From assembly GCA_010015585.1 (NCBI GenBank), contig ML975175.1: a DNA stretch of 64,000 nt, one strand, 5' to 3'. The position numbers and the translations under genes were made by a program. The stretch comes from Eremomyces bilateralis CBS 781.70. Taxonomy: Eukaryota. Under the pieces are notes generated by a model that saw only the letters and a program-made list of their open reading frames with translations, had not been told where the DNA came from and searched no databases. Below, in pieces: positions 1 to 12,593 of this stretch (its first letter is position 1; each line of letters begins with the position of its first letter).

Positions 1-202
1 AGTCGACTAAAAACCTCTCTTGCACCGGTGTAAGGCGTTGGTTCGATTGTTGAGCTGTAGAGCGCGATTGCATGCCCTTGAGGCGGTTTTGAAGCGTAGC
101 TCGATTGACCTTGAATAGGGCCGCAGCTTCATTTTGTGATTTGCATTGACCGGTCTCTACGGCATGGATAGCCTGTAGGAGTACCTCCTCTGAATTTGAC
201 AT
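1..202 (-). CDS. Fot1/pogo transposase N-terminus (HTH psq/CENP-B type), truncated by the window edge
   Basis: ATG at 202 opens MSNSEEVLLQAIHAVETGQCKSQNEAAALFKVNRATLQNRLKGMQSRSTAQQSNQRLTPVQERFLVD, open to the window edge and typical of fungal pogo transposases. Confidence 0.85.
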   Translation of the reverse strand, partial: MSNSEEVLLQAIHAVETGQCKSQNEAAALFKVNRATLQNRLKGMQSRSTAQQSNQRLTPVQERFLVD

Positions 203-305
203 CGTAATACGATATGGTGGTTGAGATATTACGCGTTTGGTGATGGTGGTGAAGATGGTGATACTGGCCAAGTAGGTGGTTGGCCAACAGGCAGGGGTTC
301 GAACT
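1..305 (-). mobile_element. 5' end of a Fot1/pogo-family (Tc1-mariner) DNA transposon; runs off the window
   Basis: The minus strand reads TA (306-307) then AGTTCGAACCCCTG-CCTGTTGGCCA-ACCA-CCTACTTGGCCA, a TIR-like end with internal direct repeats, followed by a transposase-like ORF. Confidence 0.85.
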
Positions 306-823
306 TACATTGGCTCTCGCTTAGAGGCACTCGCAAAGAAGACCTAGAGCTACATTGACCGAATCAATCAGTTTCACCAGCCTCGCTGCTACTCGACATC
401 CTATTCTAAGCGCCATTCGCTTTCGATGAATCGTACGGCTTGCCAGGGAAGATCATGCTGGGATGACTGGTGCCTTCATTTACCACGAAGATACATCCAC
501 TTGCAGTCATCTCTGTCCAAAACATTTAGTGCAAGATCAATGTAGCCCTCCTTGTCGACATATCGAGGGACAATTCCCAGAGCACGGCCTATGATAGTGA
601 GCCTGAAAGCTTCGAGACATTAGAAAGCCTATTTGGGCTAACTTGCCATTCACGCTATCATCGGCGGCAGGGCGGCTAGTCGAAGGCATGCTTTGACCGC
701 ATCCTCAACATGGGCAAATTCTGAACCCAGTCGCTTCAAATTTGCCTCCATAAGTGGCTTCACGGTGTCCGGAATAATGGGGGTTGGAATGAACCTATCA
801 TATGGTAAATCAATAGAAAGATG

Positions 824-1207
824 TGTCAGAGATCAGGCTTTCAGGATATCTCTATTTTTCGGGACCCGCCGGTCTCCAGACCGCGCCCCCATTACTTAGT
901 CGTATTTAGGTGGTCTAGCCCCCATGGTTCCCCCGTGGTTCCCCCGTGGTTCCCACGTGGAGGAGCATCCCACATCCCACGATATCACCAATGCTTCTTT
1001 CTTTGCTTCTTCGCTCGTTTTGAGGAAACCAAGGTCCCCACGACCATCAATTGTATACAGAACATATAAGATGAGCGTATTCCTGTAGGTTGTACGCTCA
1101 TTAAGGATCAAGATCAATCAACACTTTCAATTCTTGGTAATCAAGTGCTCTCCTGCTGAAGTCGCATCTCCAGATCACCTGATCAAAGGAACAGCTATTC
1201 TCTGTCA
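824..1207 (+). mobile_element. Solo LTR-like element (384 bp) inside an SDR intron
   Basis: Ends TGTCAGAGA...TCTCTGTCA with a 5-bp TSD AGATG at 819-823 and 1208-1212. Contains internal 11-bp tandem repeats (~919-960) and TATAAG at ~1065. About 290 bp are near-identical to 48686-48973 in inverted orientation. Confidence 0.85.
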
Positions 1208-1860
1208 AGATGAGGCAAGAATTACTCTAACCCATACATACCAGGGTGCCAGCAAGTTCACTCGCGACAGGTCCGATTTGCGGAGATTGCACAAAAAACC
1301 ACGGACGCCGAACTTGTAGGCATTATACTGCGTTGCCCCAGGAAGGTCAAGGTAGCCAGCAAGACTCGCTTTGAGAATTAGAACTTTATCACGGGACGCA
1401 TCTTCCTTGTTGAAGTAGTGCCTAGCGAGCTTCACCGTGTAGGAAACACCAATTATATTCACATGAAGGACCTTGAGCTCGGGCTTGGCGGGCTCATCCG
1501 CGTCGTCAAGTTGGAATAGATCGTCATAGATCGCGATTCCGGCGTTTGCAACGACAATATCAATAGACTTGCTGGGAGAATTGTCTGCTGCCGCTTTGAA
1601 TCCTTTCAACTGTTGACTCCAATTTGTGGCGTCGGCACGGTAGAATTGGTAGCTTGAGAGAGTCAGAACTTGAGAGTGCTGGATCAAGGCTATCAACATA
1701 CTTTGACTTTCCTTCTTGGTCCTTGTTGGGATTTAGATCTAGATTTGTCACATATGCTCTGTTTGCCTGTTAGTCGAGAACTACCACGTATCCTCACGCC
1801 ATACCCAGCATCCAGAAAGCCTTGAACGTAGCCAGCTCCAAGGCCACTGCTACCTGATGA

Positions 1861-2046
1861 TATCAGATATATTAGTCGAATTACCCCCTAGGCTGATTTG
1901 GACAGTGATAGTGTCGGAAATCCGCGGCTATTACTTAGTCGCCGCACCTTGTAGATTACATAAGATTACATAAGCCTGGGTATATATACCCGTCAAGGTA
2001 AATTATGTACTTCTGACCGAATACAAGCATCTCACTACCTCTGACA
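1861..2046 (+). mobile_element. Short degenerate LTR-like insert in SDR intron 1
   Basis: Ends TATCAGA...CTCTGACA, shares ATTACTTAGTCG with the 824-1207 element and has a TATA-like tract. The flanks GATGA/GGTTA match only partly. Confidence 0.45.
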
Positions 2047-2273
2047 GGTTACCGATTGTTTCCATGATCGATTGACACGCCAAAACGATCAACAGATACC
2101 TACCCCTGTGACGATCACACTCCTGCCTTTGAGCTTGCTCAGGTCGGCCGGGACCGAGTTATCGATCTTCTTAGCCGTCCAATACTCGTAAACCATGATG
2201 CTCTTGAGAAGATTCTAATCTGAGGTCAAATCCGATGTTCTGTATTGTTTGTGAGACTCGGATACGATTTGCA

Positions 2274-2783
2274 CTAAAGGGAAAGTACTCTAACAAGACC
2301 TAGGGCTGAAAAATGCGGGGAAATTTCCAGATTGGGTAACCTTGATAATACGATGCAAATCCATTCGGCCCGAGGAACGATGAGAGAGGAGAACAGAAAT
2401 GGATAAGCGACGACATAAGTCGAGGTGCCCTCCAGAACCCACTTCACTTTACCTGGTAGTCGGGAACGATTCATTAACATGACGAGGGTGCGATGCTTCA
2501 ACCGTCCTTGGAGCTCGAACTCTTCCGTGATCCTGGGCCAATTTCAGGCATACTCTTCGAGGCATCGCAGTAGGGAATCCTCCACAGCAGAGAAGGGCAG
2601 AAGAACCTCCTCCATCTCCAGCCGCCCAGGCTTTGGTATGAAATCCGAGTCGCCATTGCGAAGAATCTCAGGAGAAATGCCGTCAACCCCCTTACCGAGT
2701 AATAAACCGCTCAGACAAGGATAGCAGGTTTTCCTGAGGGCATTTTCCTCTAGGAAAGATTCTGTAAGAAAGATGAAAGTCAA
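2274..2783 (-). pseudogene. Possible degenerate ORF of unknown family
   Basis: Two ORFs in the same frame separated by one TGA (2544-2546); no motif recognised. Confidence 0.25.
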
Positions 2784-3016
2784 GTCGATATGATAGGTGG
2801 AGCTACTGGTTCTGTGTCACAGTTGCAGAATGACGCTGGACCCTCGCCTTAGCGATCATTATTCCCTCTCAGTCGATAGAATTATTGTCACAAGTGTGAA
2901 GGTTCACAATCGATAAGGATTATCAATGGTGGAGACGTTATCGAATTGCTAGAGAAAAGAAGAAGAAGAAATGAATAGGTCTCTCTCTCTTTCCAGAGTT
3001 CTAAATACGCGTTTGC

Positions 3017-3584
3017 TGTCAGAGATCAAGATGTCTGTTTTTCGGGGTCCTCTGGTTTCCTACCCGTGACCCCGTATTCACAACTATGACAGTACATCAT
3101 GCATCCCATGATGTTATCAGTGTGAGATAAATAGCGGTTTCGCTCAATCAAGTGATTAATGCAGCGAGACCGTGGGAAAACCCCGTTAGATTCCAAAAGA
3201 GCGTAGATAGATTGAACTTGATCCTGAAGAGCCGGACCCTACGAAAACAGGCTGTTCCTGCAGCTATTTTATATGGTATTGTCATGGGCCCAAACCACGA
3301 AGAATTTGGTAAGCTGGTAACGCTGTTGAATTGCTAAAGAGAGAAGGAGAAGATCTCTCTCACTGCGATCTGCTATTTACATCCGTGGGCAACCGGTCTA
3401 CCCATCCCTTATGCCTTAGGCCGCAAGGCCACAACACACAGACTGGGCGAAGCCCAAAGACTGTCACAGCCTCACAGGTTTACAATGATGATCTCTTCCC
3501 TAAAAAGGGAAAGAATAGGGGTATAGAATCGAATACGGAATGAAGCCGTGGGGAAACGCCAAGAAACACAGATATTCCGTGACA
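3017..3584. mobile_element. Composite LTR-like relics
   Basis: The left end TGTCAGAGATCA..TTTTTCGGG resembles 824. The right end AAACACAGATATTCCGTGACA matches ~48987-49007. AGATAGATTGAACTTGATCCT (~3205) matches ~48673. Minus-strand TATAAAA lies at ~3270. Confidence 0.6.
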
Positions 3585-3974
3585 CCTCCTCAGGTATCAC
3601 CGTTGAAGGGTGGTGGCAGATCAGCGGTCAATTTATGACATGTGTCGCTGATCACCTCAGGGGTACCACTAACCCAGATCTGGCCTAGCTCACCGAGGCG
3701 GGTGATCCATATCCATGCGACGCCCCTTTCTCCCGACCTCCTGTGGTAACTGGTATTCTCGTCTGTCTCGACGCAAATGACTTGTTTCCATCTCAAAAAG
3801 TACCGGTAATTTCAAAGCCGGCGATGCTACTACGTGGAGCGTGACGACATTGAATATTTGTCGTCCCGATTCGGAAGGACATTGGGTGGGTGATATTGAA
3901 CTATAGATTGCTGAAGAGGTGTCTAATATCAATTAGAAAGCCGAAATTCCGAAAGCTAAAACTTGCTTCTCTAA

Positions 3975-5321
3975 ATGAGGGAAGAGCCAAGAATACCGGT
4001 AGCCAATCTACCGGGGCGGTCTCCGCCGGAACGTTCCTCTGCTTGCCTCGATGGACTTCGCGGTGTCGCCTGTCTTATGGTCTATCTATCTCATCAACAC
4101 CCTTGGTGGTATCGCGAAGATAACCTCCATGAAGGATTTGGATATCACGGCCAAACGGCATTTGCAACCTTCCCCTTCATCCGCAGCCTTTTCAACGGTG
4201 GCAATGCAGCGGTTGCTATCTTCTTCGTCCTCTCGGGTTATGTGCTTAGCGCGGGTCCACTTCAACTTATCCGCGATGGAGACACTGCAGCAGCGCATCG
4301 CAGGTTGATCTCTGCGTTTATTCGGCGTCCTTTCCGGCTGTATATTCCTGCGTTAAGCATCGCGCTTGCGTTTGTCTTTGTTATGCATCTGCCGTTTGGA
4401 CTCGCTCCAACCTTGGAATTTCCGGTGCCTAAAGAGAGTTTTCTTTTGGAATTACAGAACTGGATCTGGCAGACCGCTTTATGGATGAATCCTTTCGCCT
4501 CTCCGGAGACCTTTGCACGAGGGTACCTATACCTCCCCCCAGCTTGGACAATGCCAGTTGAATACGAAGGCTCCTTGCTAGTATATTTTATGCTGGCCGT
4601 GGCGACGTTTATCCCACGATATCGATTGAGTCTTTTCAGCGTTGCCGGTATTATCCTTTTCTCGGTTAAAAAATGGTCCATGGCTTGTTTTATGGGTGGT
4701 GTGGTTCTGGCCATAAATGATCTGGATGGCATCGACCGTGCTTTGCTCAAGCAGTTCTCGAAGCAGGGGGTAAAAGCGACCTTGAACGTATTGTTCATTT
4801 TGTCATGGTGGCTTCTATGTCAACCGGCGAATAAACGCGACGATCCCGAACTTTCTTATAATACGCCCGGTTGGTATTACTTGACGATGGTCTTTACTCC
4901 GCGGAATTACTTTGAGGACGAGTATTGGCGCTTTTACAACACCCTCGGCGCCATAATTCTCGTCTACACTGTCCTTAGGCTTAAATGGCTGCAGTCCTTT
5001 TTCCTGACGAAGCGGCTAAAATACCTTGGACGTATTAGCTTTTCGCTTTACCTCCTTCATATTCCTTTCCTTTTTACCGTTGGAGACCGTGTCGAACGCA
5101 TGTTTGGCGGTATCCGAGGGCAATTTTCGACTTGGTACGATTATAAACTTGCAATACCAGATATTGGGCCTATCGGGTTTTCGACGGGTTTTCTGGCTTC
5201 GCAGGCGGTTATCCTGCCATTAAATATGCTCCTTGCGGAGTTGTGCACAAGATATTTGGACGAGCCGAGTATTAGGGTCGCGCGTGCTATTGCTGCCCGA
5301 TGGGGGTACGCCGGCACTTAA
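3975..5321 (+). CDS. Acyltransferase 3 family (OafA-like) membrane O-acyltransferase
   Basis: 448-aa intronless ORF with LDGLRGVA, FFVLSGYVL, WTMPVEYEGS and LGRISFSLYLLH; multiple TM segments. Confidence 0.9.
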   Translation: MREEPRIPVANLPGRSPPERSSACLDGLRGVACLMVYLSHQHPWWYREDNLHEGFGYHGQTAFATFPFIRSLFNGGNAAVAIFFVLSGYVLSAGPLQLIRDGDTAAAHRRLISAFIRRPFRLYIPALSIALAFVFVMHLPFGLAPTLEFPVPKESFLLELQNWIWQTALWMNPFASPETFARGYLYLPPAWTMPVEYEGSLLVYFMLAVATFIPRYRLSLFSVAGIILFSVKKWSMACFMGGVVLAINDLDGIDRALLKQFSKQGVKATLNVLFILSWWLLCQPANKRDDPELSYNTPGWYYLTMVFTPRNYFEDEYWRFYNTLGAIILVYTVLRLKWLQSFFLTKRLKYLGRISFSLYLLHIPFLFTVGDRVERMFGGIRGQFSTWYDYKLAIPDIGPIGFSTGFLASQAVILPLNMLLAELCTRYLDEPSIRVARAIAARWGYAGT

Positions 5322-6436
5322 TGCTAGATGAGCATCTCTGCTGGTGATTTCTGCCATATGGGACCTTGAAGCGATGCGACGCGCCGGCTCTAAGGGGCCG
5401 CCAATGCTCGAAGTGCAGCGGCATCTTTAGGAATGGCGACAGTACGATGTGGACTCATGTATGTCAGAATTTTGGATATAAAAGAGCAAATGACTTTCGA
5501 ATATGCGTTACTTACGTAGATTGAATAGAGTCGACCTAAGTCGCGTTCATCTCCTTCGATGCCACATTCACGAGTATCGAGTTGCGATGTACGAAGCTCT
5601 ACCACTATGCTAAGTGATTTCGCGAGGTACTTGTACAATGACGATACATCTTGGACGTTAAAGGTCGTGGCGTTAGGAAAAATATGGATGCGGGAGAGAT
5701 CGGAGGAATGCAAGAATCAAATGGACAGCAGCCCTCTACTGTCGAGTAGGTCCCAGCGCTTGCTCTGGCGATGGGCCCCGAAATCGATGCACTCGTGTGC
5801 TCATTTATGCAAAGGGAGTTCGAGAATCGCCCGCTACCTCCGCCGTCCTATATCTCCAAAGTTGGTCAGTCAGGTTGGAAGGCCGCCACAGCAGTAGAGA
5901 TGCTCCGACGGAGGTGCTGAACTGAGCAAGGCTGACGTACTACCTGAGTCCATCGCAGCGGAGCATATCCATGCTTCATGCGGCAGATCTGGAAACGGGG
6001 CGGTTGCAGCATTGTCCAAGCTCGATTTAGCCTCCACGAGAGCGTGCTAAGAGACAGGGGGAATGACTTATATGGATACGGTTTGTCGGCTGCTAGAGTT
6101 TGCCGTTTGATGGCGCGATCGCAGATGCTCAACGCGAACGCATCATGGGTTATATTACTCAGAGAAGCGCGTGGTTGGCACTAATCGCGCGGTGTGGACT
6201 CAGTGCCGTAATCCATCCGCTCGATCGGAAGGATGCCTGCCTCAGCGCGACTTGAGATATATGCAGATCTAACCATAGATATCCGGACCTTCGTCGGAAT
6301 CACGCTCATCGTATGAAACTATTCGCTATAAGAACGTGTAGATGCTGAGTTGCACAGGGTACATTGGGGAACTTACGGAGCTTTCAACACTCTCATACAG
6401 GGTTGGCAATTAGTAGATATCTAGAGATCTATTTAT

Positions 6437-8705
6437 TTAAAGCTTTGAAGGTTTTTTGGCCTTCGCCTCAATTGCGTTCAAATCTTCCAATTTGAATTCA
6501 ATGTATTGTTCACCATCCATACCTTTCTCCACAGGCATACCCAGTGATCCTGGCCACCACATCATCAAGTCCCTGCCTTCTGTGTGCTCTGGGGTGCCAT
6601 CCGCCTTGGCACCATAGATTGAGGCAAGATCAATGCCCTCTGTCCGGTAGGGCACCTTGTTCAGCTTGTTGTTGTGCATGGGAGTCGCGGCTGGAAGAAG
6701 TCGAAGGAAGACTGGCACTGCGTATTTCGGAAGACTTGCTTGAAGGTGTGCAAGGAATTTTGCGAATGGGAACTTGTTGGTCTGGATTGAATATGTCGTT
6801 GGGGGGGCGATAGATGGGATATACACAGTGGCGCAGCCAGCACGACCATCATGACCTACGCGGGTAAGCTTAATTTAATGAATGGGAGCGGCGACTTACC
6901 TGAGACGAGAACACCATAGACATTCGCTTCAACAATTCCGGGGAATTTGCCAATGACTTCGGCGACCTCTGCTGTAGAGACATTTTCGCTCTTCCAGCGG
7001 AATGTATCTCCAAGTCGGTCCATGAAAAACCATCTGCCATCAGTTGTTCGTCGAAGAGCGTCTCCGGTTCGGTAGTACAGGTCGCCCTTCACAAAGAGAT
7101 CTCTTTCGAATTTCTTCTGGGTTGCTTTGGAGTTTCCCCAATAACTGGCTGGCGTCAGCGGTGTTGCTCCAGAGAAGGAATGAAAACTCACCCAATAAAA
7201 GTCTCCTCATTTGGTATCTTGACAAGCATCTCTCCACCTTGGTCGTACGGCATGCGTGTGGCAAATCCAGTCTTTGGATTCCGCTCGATGTCGCCAGTTT
7301 CGTGATCAGCTTTCACTGGAACGTACGTTCGATGCATCAATGCCCGGAGGATCAGTCCATGATGACCAACAGCAGTTGCAAGATAGGGGCCTAGAAATCA
7401 TGAGCGAGATTAGTCAATGGAGGGCGAAAATCGTACCTTGGCAGACGTTGATCAAACCAAAAACGCCTTCAGTGCTGTTGAAGAATTCCGTAACTTGTGG
7501 GATGCCAAATCTCTCTTGGAATCTCACCCAGACGTCCGGTCGCAGCCCATTTCCGAACATCAATCGTATCTTGTGTTCTTTGTCAAGGGGACTCTCCTCT
7601 TGCGCAAGCAAGTATCGTGCCGTCTCTCCCACATAGACGAAGGCTGTTGCGCCGGAGTCACGGACGTCGTTCCAGAACCCTCGTGAGGAGAATCGCTTTC
7701 CGATCGCCAAGCCTAGCCCACTGGTCATGCTCATCACAGCAATGGCATTGCCCGTACCATGGTACATCGGCATGCAGTTATACCAACTGTCTCCATTTGG
7801 GGCGGGGGTGAGTCCCTGGTTTCGAGCTCGGGGACCGCCGAGACCCAAACCGCGAGCAAGCGAGAATGCCGCGGCTTTTGGGAGACCGGTTGATCCACTA
7901 TCATGGTCAGAACAAGAAAGACATATCCATTTGACTGCACATACCTGGTGTAAAGCAAACACATCGGGAATGTGGGCGGCAAGACGTCTCTCAGTTCGTC
8001 TGCAGGCCGGATTGGTGAGAGGGCGTCAATTTGATGCTTCAAGGGTTCATCGAGAATGTAGATCTTGATCCCTTCTGCCTCGATTTCACTCCGGGTCCCT
8101 TCGATCCTCGATCGGCATTCATCATCCCAATCGACCAGCAGCACTTTGGTTTTTGAGACTCGCAGACAATGCAACAGAGCCTCGCCCGCCAAGTTGTAAT
8201 TGATGTATGCTGGGGCGGAACCAACCGCCCACGATCCCATGGTTGCAAACATGAACTCGGGGGAGTTGGTCAGGTAGAAGGCGACCAGCTGGGTGGGTTT
8301 GATACCCAGTGAAATGAAGAATTGGGCATAGCGACATGAATTTTGGTATGTCTCGTTCCAGGTGTAACAACCTTCACGGGACCAGAGGCAAAGATCTGGG
8401 GCATCCTTCAACCGCCGTGCCTCATCCTCGAATCGATACCATAGTGAGACGCGTCCTGATGCGACTACTGGTGGTCAGTGACGGAAGCGAAGCAGAGACA
8501 GGTTTCAGGCCTTACCTGTTTTTATAACATCCTTTTCGGTCTTTTTCAATCTGTATAGCGACGTGATATCCTTTTTGAAGTGGAATTTGGCGTCGAGGTA
8601 AGCCGCTGCCGCTGCAACACCGACACCTTGCAAAGCAGTGGTGGCTGGATCATGTTAGCTTGTTGATCGAGGGATCGTCCATCAATAAACCGTACCTAGA
8701 TCCAT
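6437..8705 (-). CDS. FAT1: Fatty-acid transport protein / very-long-chain acyl-CoA synthetase
   Basis: AYLDAKFH N-terminus, spliced AMP-binding YTSGSTGLPKA, YVGETARYL, GNGLRPD, GDLYYRTGD and DRLGDTFRWKSENVST; several GT-AG introns. Confidence 0.92.
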
Positions 8706-10799
8706 GATCAAGTTGGCTCAGGGTACAATTCCTAAGAAACTTCTTCGTGCAATTGATGAGTGTTAAAGTGTCTGTTCCCTAGGCAGCGTCTATTCCGTGT
8801 TGGGGTCGCTTTCTAGAATCTTTCGCTATCGATCTTCCTGAACGCCGAACAATGGAAGTCTATGAGAGAAAAGTCAGCCAAATCGGTGAAATCCTAGACA
8901 CCAAGGCGGGGTTTCAAAGCATCAAAAAACTTACCGCAGCTAGATGGATGCGACTGGTAGATCCGCGGAACAGCAGGCTCGATACTGTTTATTCAAGGTA
9001 TCACAACGTATTAAAGGTTCTAGATCGAAGCATTCATTTCCAAGGAGAATAATCCATACTAACCGGTATTCTTAAATCAGAGCTCCAAATATGCCGCGGC
9101 GGAGGACAACTGGGGAGCCTGTCCAGGGATCTCTCTCAGCCTCGGTCTGATATGCTTGAGACCTTGTTTATTGGCCAATGCACGAATATCTTCCCCACAA
9201 GTTACCAATCGAACAACAAACGGAGTGGTTCCGAGACAAACTCCGATCACCGATGATTGCGACCATCCGACAAGGAGGTCTCAGTCGATGTACCCTTCGT
9301 TATCCAATAGGATGTCTAAGAAAGATGATGTTACCGAGCATGGAAGCGAGGCTCGCGATGATGGAATCAACGACTCGGAAAGCGCGGAATATGACAATGC
9401 TATTATAGCATGAACGACAGCTTATCATGGCTATATATAGCCTGACCGAACGAAGATTGCGCTTCTCACCTTCCAGCTTACCGATATGCTGTCCTCGTCA
9501 GCGTATCAACAAACAAACAGTGTCCAGAGTTGACCCCGAAGTGCAAGAATCTGATCGTATTTCGTACTTTGGTACGGATACCCCACACGAGAGATCCACA
9601 GCAGCATCGACCAACGCGAGTCTGGCACGCTAAATAACCTAACCGACAGCTACCCCGCCGGATCCAGCCCCAGAATTGCAGGATGGTGGGAGCCGGATTC
9701 CGTTAGCGTCGCTGAGGTTGGAACTGCCGAGTACAGGGTGGCTGGTATCAGTGTGGGTTTGGACTTTGGACCGTCCAAAGTTCTTCAACGTCACACTTCT
9801 GAATCGTGTTCTCCATCGATAAGTCGATCATCGTTGAAATGCAACAGCTCTACTCCGTAGAATCCCGTTAAACAAAAGAAACCTAGATTCTAGGGTCTAG
9901 ACCATTCAGAGACCTCACAGTCATCTATGAGGGATCGGAAGTTCATCCTGGATGCTGTATCAAACTGGGGACAACTGAACGTTCAGTCACATAGTTTTTC
10001 ATCCCTTCAGGATCATTCTGTAATAAGAAATAGTACAAGCCGAATCGTGGCCAAATTCAGATTGTGGCCTGCTGCCCAAGAAGTCAAACATCATGATCGT
10101 TGTGATCCCGTTGGATTTGGGAGGATTTCAACCTAGACAACTTTCGCCCATGGATAGAATACCGCCGCCGAGATGAGACACAATACATCGTTGCCTAGCG
10201 GTGCCTAGTTAGAGTCCAATAAGTCTTTTATGATCAGGTTGGGTACTTAAAGGTTTGAAATTGCCACTCATAGCTGAGGGTTACAAGTCGGATTCCCTTC
10301 AAACCCGTTTCTCTACACTCATACAATTCGTTCGGTTATCGTTCACTATCCCCAAGTCAAGATTCAAACCATGAAGGACATGACCCAGGGATCTGATGAA
10401 TGAGGGTTCAAAGAGCTATGAAATGCGATACTCGATCGCTCACTGGAACACCTAAATACCACATCGATCGCTTGAACCGAATCACTTAACAGGAAGATAT
10501 TCCAGCCGTGTCAGTGGGCAAGCTGCCAATACGAGAAGTGCAGAATACGCGTTGCTCTTGAGACGCCAATTCAATAACAGCAAGCCAGTATTGCACTCGG
10601 TTATTGTGCAGAGCCCACTCATCAAAGCTGTCCGTGCAGCCATTCTGAAGGGCTTTCCTGGTGTGGATTTGGACGAAGATACTCTTGGATTCCATAGACC
10701 CTTTTAACCTTATGGATATTCCATCGTTGGGATGCTCTCAACAAACCCTGCGATGACCTTCACTCCGGGCCGGATGCCATCCCACACCTACACTTGGTG

Positions 10800-12084
10800 T
10801 GGCGCTGCTTGCGACCTCATTTTACCCCATCGTGCGAAGCTCTCGAGCACTTCCCCACACAAGGATATCATTAAGAAAAAGCTCGTCGCGTGAGGGAAAC
10901 GCTTCGTCACGTTTGCGAACCCTTCTTATGTGTCGTACGAAGGAGTCGCTATGGATCACACGATTACTGATAGCGCGCATCGAAGCCGCCGATCTCGATT
11001 TTATGTTCAAGGATGGGTGGCTATTGACACCGCCATTTACACGTGGTTCAATCCCAACTTAGACGGACCCCTCTATCCTCTGAACTTTTCCAGCTCGGGC
11101 CAGTATTTCCTTGAACAAGAACATGATGAGCCTGGAGGCCGTCTCCCCGGATTCGCCCTTCCAAGCTCTCCATTATACTATCCCGACTCCGAGGAGCATC
11201 TTCAGGAACACGCCATTCATGAGAGGCGCAAAGCTCAGAATTCGAAAAAGACGGTCCTAACTGATTAGCAACTTATCATTTGCAATATCACTGTATGAGG
11301 ATTCTCCTTGACCATCAAACGACGTTCAATATGGACAGAATCAAAGATATCCCGTGGAATTCTTCCGCGTTCTCCTCGCTAGCGCTTGTGGAGACTACAA
11401 GAACTTTCTCCTAGCGTTCGCCAAGAACCAAGGTAGCCAAACATCAATTTCTGACGATGTGATTCAAGGCAAAGGGAAAGGGCTGGTGGTTTTGTTAGGG
11501 GGAACTCCCGGTGTTGGAAAAAATTAGACCGTGGAGTCAGTTGCAGAAAAGATCCGTGCCCCACTCTGCAGCATTGCAGCCGGTAAACTGGGAACTTATG
11601 GGCATGCCGTTCAAGCAATGCTCGAAGATGTCCTCCGCATGGCCGGGTCATGGAACGCAATTATCCTCCTCGACGAGGCAGACATCTTTCTCAAGAAGCG
11701 TGGTCCTGGGGAACTGGAACAGAATCAGCTCGTCAGTAGCTTCCTACAGTTACTCAAGTACTATGAGTGACCATTTTCCTTACGACGAATCGGGTAGAAA
11801 CCATCGATCCGGCGTTCCAGTCTCGAATTCATCTAAGCTTGCCATACCCAGATCTGAACCAGTTGTCCCCGCGCAAAGTTTGGGAGACATACTTGAAGTT
11901 AACACAACTCTATACTTCCGCATTCACTGCCAAATTTCTGGAAAGACTGGCTCGTGAAGACCTCAATGATCGGGAAATCAAGAATTTGACCAAAATGAGT
12001 GCTCTGCTGGCAAGTGCCGCTATCTGCGCATTGATCCCAGCACATGTGGGTGAAGTGTTGGGTACAAAATTTGTTCTTCGTTGA
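10800..12084 (+). pseudogene. Decayed fungal AAA+ ATPase (may extend further upstream)
   Basis: DVIQGKGKGLVVLL, Walker A GTPGVGK, Walker B LLDEAD and FLTTNR..DPAFQSRIH. In-frame stops at 10891, 11266, 11296 and 11525, and a frameshift near 11767. Confidence 0.85.
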
Positions 12085-12593
12085 CACGAGGGATGCTAAC
12101 ACGAGGGACGCGCCTTGACTCTGACTGTCGGTAGATCAGTGCCCTGGCGTATTATTTCGGTCCATCTAGAGACATGGGCGTATCCCTTTTCTGTTGGTTC
12201 AACGTGAATCTGGTCGACCAAGGGTTTGATATTTTACTGACGAAAGACATAGAACTGCTGAAGAAAAGAACGGGCTTACGGTAGACGACACGTACTTAGT
12301 AGAATGATCCCTAGGCACAAATGGCTGTTTTGAAGTGCAAACCAAAGGCTTCAAAGACACGTCAAAGTGGTAACTGGTTGCGGTGTGGAGTTGACATCCA
12401 TGAATCTTCCTCGCTTGAAAATTATTATAAAGCAATCATCTCTTGCGTGGGAGATGCATAGGCTGTATGTAGATGCCGATGAGCATGGCCGTCAATTCGT
12501 AATCGACAAATAGATGGGTATGTAGTACATTTCCAGGCGAGCCGGGGTCGTCATGGATATCTGAATGAAGCTGGATATGAAACTCGACGAAAA

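Larger units (their letters stand above)
476..2196 (-). pseudogene. Short-chain dehydrogenase/reductase, multi-exon, frameshifted near the C-terminus
   Basis: Spliced reading gives MVYEYW..VIVTG/GSSGLG (TGxxxGxG), VANAGI, YNAYK (YxxxK), LLAPW/FIPTPII and last exon GRALGIVPR..GYIDL (stop 476-478). An 8-bp insert at 663-670 creates an early TGA at 650-652. Confidence 0.8.

Noticed and set aside
896..1117. Duplicated ORFs (896-1117 and 48566-48901) encoding similar peptides
   Set aside because: They lie inside the LTR-like repeat; the similarity reflects the DNA repeat, not a protein family.
5390..6184. Several ORFs between the acyltransferase and FAT1
   Set aside because: No recognisable motif or consistent exon chain; cannot support a gene call.
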